Positions 44,649-51,935 of a DNA stretch of 51,935 nucleotides are shown piece after piece. The notes under the pieces are model-generated. The model was given only the letters and a program-made list of their open reading frames with translations. It searched no databases and was not told where the DNA came from. The stretch's first letter is position 1, and the number at the start of each line of letters is the position of its first letter. Position numbers and translations under genes: made by a program. Origin of the DNA: Candidatus Doudnabacteria bacterium (GTDB taxonomy: Bacteria > Patescibacteriota > Doudnabacteria > UBA920); assembly GCA_038203095.1 (NCBI GenBank), contig JBBREH010000004.1:1-51935 (forward strand). Direction: 5' to 3'.

Positions 44649-45746
44649 TTACTTGATTTTCGCAATATGCATTTTATATTTTCTTTTTTGCCACATCTTT
44701 GGCAATTGCATAAAAAAATCTGGCAAAACTTTTAACGTGCTAATTTCGAATAAGAGAATATAGCATAACATAAAAAACTCTCTAATAAAAAACTGCGGGT
44801 AAAAATACGGTGAGTTTTTTATGTATAGAAAAATGTGGTTTTTGTAGTTGAGTTGGCGAATGCGGGGATTAAGCGCGCGATGATGCTTAATGAAGCTAAC
44901 TATGTGCTGATATCCGCCTTCAGACGACCCGGCTCCCCGGCCGTGGTAGCCAATTGCGGATGGTACAAAGATATTTTTCCACCCTGCGTTGGACATGCGC
45001 CAGGAAAGATCTACATCTTCCCAGTAAGAGTGAAAATCTTCATCGAAATATTCGTAACTCCAACCACCTCCCCCGACTGCGCCCTGAACCGTCCGGTTCG
45101 GGGCTGCAGCGGGTACTCCTCCTTGAGAAGGAGGAGATGACTGCAGCTCCGCGGAGCTACGATTTTCTGACACTCCGATTTTCCGACATCTAATTGCTTG
45201 CAATGCCGCAGCTCTATACATACACCCTGCCCCCGAAACAGCGTCAACTAATGTCAAACTATCGTACTGCCCATTATCCGCCTCATGCTGTCCCCTGTCC
45301 CGAGCACGGCCGGATTTACCTATGACAACTCCTGTAGTATCCAGAATTTTATTAGCTCTAAAATCTTCAATCTTCAATCCTAAATCTTTAAATTGATATA
45401 GTTTTCCCGTTGCCGCCCCGACCTTTGGGTCATCAAAAGCCTTTAATACCTGCTCAATATAATTCGGCTCCATTATCATATCTGGATTGACCAGCTGAAA
45501 AAAGTCCGATGTTAATTCAGCAAATACCAAATTATGCCCGGTGGCAAAGCCAATGTTATAGCCCGGGTCAATTATTTCTACTTGGGGAAATTTTTGCATT
45601 AACAACTCTTTACCACCGTCATTATTTCCCGCAATAACCGCCACCACATTAAAATCTTTAAAAGTCTGTTTAAAAATCGCTTCAAAAACCGGTTCAATGA
45701 AGCGTTTGGAATTATATATAACTTGGATAATGGTTACACAGGGCAT
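44649..45746 (-). CDS. Glycosyltransferase family 2 with in-frame repeat insertions
   Basis: NIGFATGHN, VNPD, FDEDFHSYWEDVDLSWR; inserts at about 45063-45190 and 45358-45393. Confidence 0.92.
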   Translation of the reverse strand: MPCVTIIQVIYNSKRFIEPVFEAIFKQTFKDFNVVAVIAGNNDGGKELLMQKFPQVEIIDPGYNIGFATGHNLVFAELTSDFFQLVNPDMIMEPNYIEQVLKAFDDPKVGAATGKLYQFKDLGLKIEDFRANKILDTTGVVIGKSGRARDRGQHEADNGQYDSLTLVDAVSGAGCMYRAAALQAIRCRKIGVSENRSSAELQSSPPSQGGVPAAAPNRTVQGAVGGGGWSYEYFDEDFHSYWEDVDLSWRMSNAGWKNIFVPSAIGYHGRGAGSSEGGYQHIVSFIKHHRALNPRIRQLNYKNHIFLYIKNSPYFYPQFFIREFFMLCYILLFEISTLKVLPDFFMQLPKMWQKRKYKMHIAKIK

Positions 45747-45779
45747 ATGCTTAATTTGAAATTAGCTTTACGAAATTGA

Positions 45780-45824
45780 GAAATTGAGAAATTGGTTCGG
45801 CGAAGCTAATTTCCTAATTTCCTA
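45780..45824. repeat. 45-bp repeat, left arm of the inverted pair around the O-antigen ligase
   Basis: Exact reverse complement of 47436-47480. Confidence 0.9.
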
Positions 45825-47411
45825 CTTGCTTTTATCCGGTTCCCCATGATACTCATGATACCGCGTGACTACCACTCCGGCCAGACCGATGTTAATAAAA
45901 AAGAACATCAAAACTTTATCGTTGAACAAAGTTATGTCAAAAAAGCCGGCGGCCAAAATCCACAACACAACCAATGACGCCTGAGTCACAAAATAAATTA
46001 AAAAATCTTCAACATTTTTATAATGACAAATAAAGTGCCAAAAATATTTAATTAGACAAACCCAAAAAGCAATAAAAATTCCCAAGCCCACAATGCCCGT
46101 TTCCACCAGAATTTGTAAATACAAGTTGTGAGCGGAAACGTGTTTTGCCGGTAGGTTGTAGCGCTTATTAATTTGACTCGACGCCTCCAAATAAGTTTGG
46201 TCCTGAGCAGGCGGGATAAAAGAAACTAAAAAATTGCCAAAACCCACGCCCAAAGGATGCTTTAAGGCAAATATCAGGCTGTTTTTCCAAATTTCAATTC
46301 TACCCTGGTTAGATGATTCCTGTAAATCATAAATACTTTGCGCCCGAACTAAAAAATTCTCTTGAAACTTTTCCACCTGAATATAAGCCAGCCCTTTGTT
46401 AATGAAAGGAGAAAGCGCAAACAAAACGAAAATAATTATAAATGGCCATAAAAACTTTTCCGCCAAATGCTTTTGGAACTTTTTGCGGTAAGCAACGGCC
46501 ACGGCCAAAAATGGTACTACCATCCCTACCCAAACGGCTCTTGTCCCGGAGAGTATTAGACCCAAAGCCGCAAACCTAATACCTGACCATAACCATTTTC
46601 GAATATTCTTAAAAACGCTACGGGTCAACGCGGTGCCCAAACACAAACCCATAAAACAAATATACGCAAAGGACTGAGAATCCGGCATTATGGAAAACAT
46701 ACGCAGTTCTCTGGCGCCGGAATACGAAAACCAAGAATTAGAATATAACGCGACATTAGCAAAATTCGTTCCGTAATAAAGCTTGGTCAAGTTGGTATCC
46801 CAAAACACCCAAAACGTATCTAAATTTGTAAAAAAAGTGCCGAAAAGCTGGGTAAAACCCAATGTCACGATAATCGCCAATGACCAAATCAGGTAACGGA
46901 TAACTTCAAAAATTTGCTGCTTGTTTTTTAAAGTATTAATTAAAACTATGTACAAAAAATAGATATTAATAAAAAAAACAAGTTGCTTAACTGCCTCTAG
47001 CTTAAACTGGCCGAACAAAAAAGCCGTTACCAACCCTACGCCGGCAAAACAGGCTAGGTATTTATCCCATGGCAGAAATACAATATCCTTTATCCTTAAT
47101 CTTTTATCCCTAACCAGCCAGACAATAAATAGAGCTAAATATAAAACGCGCCACATAGGAAAAGAATCGAAGCGAGTATTGGGCAAAGCAACATAAAATG
47201 GGATTGATAGTATAAGCAGCAACAAAGATTCAAAAATCGGACAAATTACAATAAACGCGAGCAATAAACCCAAGTTCAACCAAATCAAAAAATCCGGCCA
47301 ATTTAAAAGCGCGATCCCCGCAATGCAAAAATATTGCCAAATGGCAAAAAGAATTATTAACAAGCGATACTTGGGCAGTTCTTTTATTTTTTTAATTAAA
47401 TCTTGAGTCAT
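45822..47411 (-). CDS. O-antigen ligase/Wzy_C family membrane protein
   Basis: Many TM helices; SGTRAVW, RIEIWK...PLGVGFGNF, SAHNLYLQILVETGIVG. Confidence 0.9.
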   Translation of the reverse strand: MTQDLIKKIKELPKYRLLIILFAIWQYFCIAGIALLNWPDFLIWLNLGLLLAFIVICPIFESLLLLILSIPFYVALPNTRFDSFPMWRVLYLALFIVWLVRDKRLRIKDIVFLPWDKYLACFAGVGLVTAFLFGQFKLEAVKQLVFFINIYFLYIVLINTLKNKQQIFEVIRYLIWSLAIIVTLGFTQLFGTFFTNLDTFWVFWDTNLTKLYYGTNFANVALYSNSWFSYSGARELRMFSIMPDSQSFAYICFMGLCLGTALTRSVFKNIRKWLWSGIRFAALGLILSGTRAVWVGMVVPFLAVAVAYRKKFQKHLAEKFLWPFIIIFVLFALSPFINKGLAYIQVEKFQENFLVRAQSIYDLQESSNQGRIEIWKNSLIFALKHPLGVGFGNFLVSFIPPAQDQTYLEASSQINKRYNLPAKHVSAHNLYLQILVETGIVGLGIFIAFWVCLIKYFWHFICHYKNVEDFLIYFVTQASLVVLWILAAGFFDITLFNDKVLMFFFINIGLAGVVVTRYHEYHGEPDKSK

Positions 47412-47435
47412 ATTGCAGAAAGGAAATTAGGAAAT

Positions 47436-47480
47436 TAGGAAATTAGGAAATTAGCTTCGCCGAACCAATTTCTCAATTTC
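47436..47480. repeat. 45-bp repeat, right arm
   Basis: TAGGAAATTAGGAAATTAGCTTCGCCGAACCAATTTCTCAATTTC; supplies the last codons and stop of the upstream GT4. Confidence 0.9.
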
Positions 47481-48575
47481 CTTCGTAAGCGTTTCCCAGG
47501 TCTGTCTTGTACATTTCTCCCAACTAAAATCCTTTAATCTTTCCCTACCCTTCTCTTTCAATTTGTCAGATAAGGATTTATCCATTAATACGGACTTAAT
47601 CGCATTTTTAATTTCGGCTATATTATAAGGGTCAAAATATACGGCCGCCTCCCCTGCCACTTCCGGCATGCTCGAGGTGTTTGATGTCGCCACCGGTACC
47701 GATAAACTAAAAGCTTCCAAAATTTGCATGCCAAAGCCTTCGTAAAAACTGGGTAACACCAACAAATCGGCGCCTGCTAAAATTTGAAAGCGCTCTTTAT
47801 CGGCAACATAATTTCGATAATCTACAATATCCTTATTTCTATTAATCTCCTTTAATATCTTTTCAAATTTCCAGCCCGGCTTGCCCACTACCACCAGATT
47901 GTGAGGTAATTCGGGGTTTTCGATTTTAAGTTGGCGAAAGGCTTTAATTAAGCCTTCCAAATTTTTACGGGGCTGAAGGGTAGAGAGAAAAAGAACATAC
48001 GGTTGTTGTGGTGAGGGGTTTTGACCCATCCTCTTTTCGGAACTGTCCAGACCGCTCCCCACATCCGCAGATGAATAGCCGTGATGAATGACTTTTATCC
48101 TTTTTTCATTAATTCCATAATACTCGACCAAATCCTTCTTTGTACTCTCGGACACGGCAATAATATTAGCCGCGCGTCTCGCCGCAAACGCGGTTGACCA
48201 TTCTAAAAAATGCCTCATAAACCAGGTAAAGGACTCCGGATAAAATTTCCAACCTATATCGTGGATTGCAACTATTGTTTTTTTGGGGTGAATAAAAGGG
48301 AGGGCTGAGGCAGGAATGAATAGCACATCAACGGGATGGAAAAACATTTCCCAGCTTATTCGAAATTGAGTCCAAAAAATTGGAAATGGCAATACTTTAA
48401 CTGTAAAATTATTCGGCAATCGGAGCAGCCACCTTTCCGGCTTGGTACGTAGATACAAAACGTACTTATTTTGCGCATCCAGACCAGCCAAGCCCAAAAT
48501 AACCTGCTTGGCATAATGCTCCACCCCAGTCTTAACCGGATTATTCGCGCGTTCAGCTTCAATTCCTATAACCAT
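47451..48575 (-). CDS. Glycosyltransferase family 4
   Basis: STLQPRKN, EGFGMQILEAF; in-frame REP-like insert 48007-48063. Confidence 0.93.
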   Translation of the reverse strand: MVIGIEAERANNPVKTGVEHYAKQVILGLAGLDAQNKYVLYLRTKPERWLLRLPNNFTVKVLPFPIFWTQFRISWEMFFHPVDVLFIPASALPFIHPKKTIVAIHDIGWKFYPESFTWFMRHFLEWSTAFAARRAANIIAVSESTKKDLVEYYGINEKRIKVIHHGYSSADVGSGLDSSEKRMGQNPSPQQPYVLFLSTLQPRKNLEGLIKAFRQLKIENPELPHNLVVVGKPGWKFEKILKEINRNKDIVDYRNYVADKERFQILAGADLLVLPSFYEGFGMQILEAFSLSVPVATSNTSSMPEVAGEAAVYFDPYNIAEIKNAIKSVLMDKSLSDKLKEKGRERLKDFSWEKCTRQTWETLTKEIEKLVRRS

Positions 48576-48669
48576 CTATAAATTATAGCGGAATTTCTAT
48601 TTTGCCACAAAACAAAATCCCCGAATATGCAAATATTAGGGGATTTTTTATTGGTGCGGAATAATATAC

Positions 48670-48921
48670 TTATTGGGCAGTCGTCTTGGTAATGGGTTTG
48701 GTAACAGGTTTTTTAATAGGATCTTTTTTTTGCAACAGGTTTTTAAATGTTTTTTGCGCATGGAACCTAGGCATAAAAGTTGTTGAATCAATTTCATCCC
48801 GTACAATATTTCCACTCGCAAAAGCATAAATTATGAATGCCACAACCGCTGCAAATATCCCTATAGCGAACATTGGCCAAAAACCATGCAAATAGTTGCG
48901 ACTATTTTTTTCGTTTGTCAT
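48670..48921 (-). CDS. Small single-TM hypothetical protein
   Basis: MTNEK start, one hydrophobic helix, basic tail. Confidence 0.6.
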   Translation of the reverse strand: MTNEKNSRNYLHGFWPMFAIGIFAAVVAFIIYAFASGNIVRDEIDSTTFMPRFHAQKTFKNLLQKKDPIKKPVTKPITKTTAQ

Positions 48922-48983
48922 TTTTTTAGTTTCTTTTTGAGATTCAATTATTTTGTATATTATAGCATAAAAAACAATATTGA

Positions 48984-49424
48984 TCAAACAACATTTCGTT
49001 TTTGCCTCTTGACTATGCTACTTTTAAAAATATTTGGCTTAAAAGCTTTTAACCTTACCAGCCTTACCGATAAACCCTTGCATTTTAAGTTAAATTTTAA
49101 ATTTTTAACATAAGCTGTCTGATCATAACCTAAAGCAATAATATGGGGATTTTCTTTGAGAATATGTGGGAGGTAATTTTTTATTCCTCCCAAAACCACT
49201 TTATCCACAAGCGGACAGCTGGCAATCATCCGGAGTCGTTTAAGTTCACTAAACTGTGGGTTATGTTTTTTTATGGTTTTAACGTTAACATCGCGCGCCA
49301 CAGAAATAATTAAAAAAGGGTTTGGCGATAATTTTCTGGCTTGTTTAAAAAAATCTAAGTGTCCGGGATGCAAAGCGTCAAACGTCCCAAAGGCCATTAT
49401 ACGAGTTTGGTGAGAATAAATCAT
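48984..49424 (-). CDS. Cytidylyltransferase-fold protein (RibL/FAD synthase-like)
   Basis: FGTFDALHPGH, VARD, IIALGYDQ. Confidence 0.85.
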   Translation of the reverse strand: MIYSHQTRIMAFGTFDALHPGHLDFFKQARKLSPNPFLIISVARDVNVKTIKKHNPQFSELKRLRMIASCPLVDKVVLGGIKNYLPHILKENPHIIALGYDQTAYVKNLKFNLKCKGLSVRLVRLKAFKPNIFKSSIVKRQKRNVV

Positions 49425-50869
49425 ACCTTTTTGAGATCTGATCTAAAAAGCGATTTTAGTAAAATCCAATCTTCGGTTTTGATAAAACCGGTAGCCGCCA
49501 AGGCTAACAAGTAAACAGTCGCGCCCACAGGTAGACTAACAAATAGCTGATAGTTGCGAATTGGCCATAAAATTAAGCTCATAACCATGGCGGCAAAAAT
49601 CGGCTTTAGAAAAAATTTGCCGATTGAAAAATTTATAATATTTTTTTTTACGAAATAAAAATAAAACACGGCCTGAAACACTTCCGATACAACAGTCATA
49701 ACAGCCGCGGCTTTAATGCCGAAATGTGGGACAAGCAACAAGTTGCCGGCCATATTTAAAATAACATTAAGTCCGGTTACCAGCAGGGCATTTTTAGTCA
49801 GCTGAGAAATTATTAGAGAATTAACCGGAATATAAATAAATTGAATTGCGGGCGCCCAAATGAGTAGTGCTAAAACCGGCGCGGCCGGCTCATATCCCGG
49901 GCCGGCGACCAAAGCAATAAGCTTTGCGGAAAGTAGTGCTCCTCCAAACGCAATTGGCAACGCGGCAAATATCATCAGCCGGGAATATTTTTCCAAATTT
50001 TCTTTTACTGACGACAAAGATTTACTAGCCATTAGGCCTGCAAAAAAGGGAAACAAGGTAAAGGAAACCGCGGCGGGAAAAAAATTCAACAAATCAAAAA
50101 TTTTATACGCCGCGGTGTAGTAACCGGTTTCCGCAAAACCCTTAAACGCGGTAATAATCATCACATCTATGCGGTTGTAAATCGCGCTGAACCCGACAAG
50201 TAGGGCAAACGGCCAGCCCTGCTTTAAAATATTTTTGATAATGTGCAAATTAAACCTCGTAACCGCCTTAAAAACCTCTGGCTTTGGCAAATGCTTGGTT
50301 ACAAACACTCGGTATAAAATTAAATCTAAAATTCCAAAAGCCAGCTGAATAAAGGCCAAAAAAACAATTCCGTGATGAAAAATAATGGCCAAAAAAATAA
50401 CGCAAATGTTAACAACAGAATTTAAAAAATTAATCAGCGCGACTTTTTTTATATCCTGAAAAGCAGCCATTATTGCCATAAACGGATAACAGAGCGAGTT
50501 CGCCACCATGCCCAGACCGGCAATTGCTACAGCCGCGAAAACAGTGGGCTCAAAGTGCCTCAAATAAGCAACGCCAACCAGGCAAGCATAAAGCACTGTG
50601 GCGGCAACCACCTCAAAAGAAAAAAATTCCTGGAAATATTCTTTAACATTTACCGGGTCCTCACTGATTTTTTTGGTAATTAGCTGTTGGATACCAAAAT
50701 CAACAACGGTTGAAAACAGAAGCACATACGACAAAACAAACTGGTACTGCCCGCTACCGTAAGGTTTTAAATACCGAAACAAGGCGAAATAGGCAATTGC
50801 CAGCAAAACTAGAGCCGCCATACGCGACAAGGTCAGCCAGAGAATATTTTTGGAAACGCTAGTGCTCAT
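49421..50869 (-). CDS. Wzx-type polysaccharide flippase
   Basis: About 14 TM helices; DFGI, IYNRIDVMII, GYYTAAYKI. Confidence 0.92.
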   Translation of the reverse strand: MSTSVSKNILWLTLSRMAALVLLAIAYFALFRYLKPYGSGQYQFVLSYVLLFSTVVDFGIQQLITKKISEDPVNVKEYFQEFFSFEVVAATVLYACLVGVAYLRHFEPTVFAAVAIAGLGMVANSLCYPFMAIMAAFQDIKKVALINFLNSVVNICVIFLAIIFHHGIVFLAFIQLAFGILDLILYRVFVTKHLPKPEVFKAVTRFNLHIIKNILKQGWPFALLVGFSAIYNRIDVMIITAFKGFAETGYYTAAYKIFDLLNFFPAAVSFTLFPFFAGLMASKSLSSVKENLEKYSRLMIFAALPIAFGGALLSAKLIALVAGPGYEPAAPVLALLIWAPAIQFIYIPVNSLIISQLTKNALLVTGLNVILNMAGNLLLVPHFGIKAAAVMTVVSEVFQAVFYFYFVKKNIINFSIGKFFLKPIFAAMVMSLILWPIRNYQLFVSLPVGATVYLLALAATGFIKTEDWILLKSLFRSDLKKV

Positions 50870-51765
50870 AACTTATCGCCTTCCAAATCAGTCAGCTGTT
50901 TTAGAGCTTCAGCTTTTGATCCAAGTTCTACCGGCACAAGCACTTTGCCTGCCTCACAGTCAATAACTCCAAATTTACCGTCCTGGGTTTGGATAAGTAT
51001 TTTTGCATCAAAAGAAAAACTTTCCGGAAATACGTCAGTTAATTTCGTTGTTATTCTGGAGTTATCAGAATATTGATTATAATTGAAAGTAATTTTATGG
51101 CTTACTTGCAGTGTTTCAACACCTAAAACATTGAGTGCTTCCAAAATTTGTACTCCATCAGAGTTATAAAAATGAGTAATTATAGTTTTGTTTCTTCCCT
51201 GCTGATCTGTTAATTCGTCAACTCTTAGGACATTCCAATATGTAAGACTTGCTTCTTCAATGCCATTTTGAAAAATTGGTGTAATTTCCTGCCCCGACTG
51301 ATTATAAAAATGTCCGTTATTAGCACTAATAATTTTTGCCCCGTCGTAAAATCGATTTACATCGGAATAGTCTGTGGGAGGTACAATCTCTTTACCTTCT
51401 TGATTAATATAACCATAAGAACCTCTTGCATTAGCCATATCTGAATCTTTTCGAATTCTAATTAAACCATTGCATTCGTGAATGCCAATTTCGCCATAGG
51501 CGTACTCGGTAAGCCTTTGTCCATCTGCAGGATTTACTAGAGCCAATTTTTGTTCCTCTGTTTTTTTTAGAGCTGCGACGATTGATTCTCCTTGTTTTCT
51601 GACCCAAGCCTGGTTGGCATCAGTATTTAAAGACAGCAATAGATCTTCAAGTTTTCTTTGAAGTTCAATACTGGGACTAGGAACCGCCTGAAAATCAGCA
51701 AATACAGATTTTATTTCACCTTTCAAAATTTCTGCGCGTTTTAACGATTCATCGTTTGGATCCAT
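50866..51765 (-). CDS. WG-repeat-like hypothetical protein
   Basis: YGYINQEGKEIVP and DGKFGVID..GKVLVP repeats. Confidence 0.65.
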   Translation of the reverse strand: MDPNDESLKRAEILKGEIKSVFADFQAVPSPSIELQRKLEDLLLSLNTDANQAWVRKQGESIVAALKKTEEQKLALVNPADGQRLTEYAYGEIGIHECNGLIRIRKDSDMANARGSYGYINQEGKEIVPPTDYSDVNRFYDGAKIISANNGHFYNQSGQEITPIFQNGIEEASLTYWNVLRVDELTDQQGRNKTIITHFYNSDGVQILEALNVLGVETLQVSHKITFNYNQYSDNSRITTKLTDVFPESFSFDAKILIQTQDGKFGVIDCEAGKVLVPVELGSKAEALKQLTDLEGDKL

Positions 51766-51935
51766 AAACTGGAGAAATCAATAATTTATAAAGTTATTAG
51801 GACTTACGCCTTTGCGTAATTTAAGTAATTAGTGATAGAAATTCTGGTAATTGATATCTTCTGCTCGTACCAGCTGATACCCTCTGTAATTCTGGCTCTT
51901 TCCAATTTAAAGAATGTCATAAAAGCGGCGAAGAT

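Noticed and set aside
4554-50120. Numerous plus-strand ORFs opposite the minus-strand genes
   Set aside because: Antisense shadows of well-supported genes, with no recognisable motifs.
3399-51820. AGGACTTACG motifs at about 3399 and 51798 as transposon ends
   Set aside because: Same orientation, short, with no clear partner end or transposase in the window.

Overview
AT-rich bacterial chromosome segment with almost all genes on the minus strand. Gene content and style suggest a Patescibacteria/CPR (Parcubacteria-like) organism; this is an inference. Housekeeping content: pepN, Ham1-type pyrophosphatase, secA, hpf, murB, murC/mpl, murG, RNase P RNA, infA-rpmJ-rpsM-rpsK-rpsD-rpoA-rplQ-rplM-rpsI, pgi-like, short alaS, ctpA, and two glycosyltransferase/ligase/flippase clusters. 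The left end is an array of toxin-antitoxin pairs (BrnTA, HEPN-MNT, PIN), partly delimited by 33-bp direct repeats. The most notable locus (about 12.0-15.9 kb) is a compact tryptophan module: a SerK/SbnI-like ParB-fold protein (candidate free-serine kinase) directly upstream of a stand-alone TrpB2, a divergent TrpR, four GTACTAGTAC boxes, an unannotated WW leader-peptide attenuator, and a second unannotated attenuator-like leader with an FWFYF run. The window is also full of palindromic repeats of several families. Many sit in frame inside protein-coding genes (pepN, secA, murC/mpl, glycosyltransferases), and one 45-bp pair flanks the O-antigen ligase gene in inverted orientation. All calls come from reading the sequence; no database searches were run.
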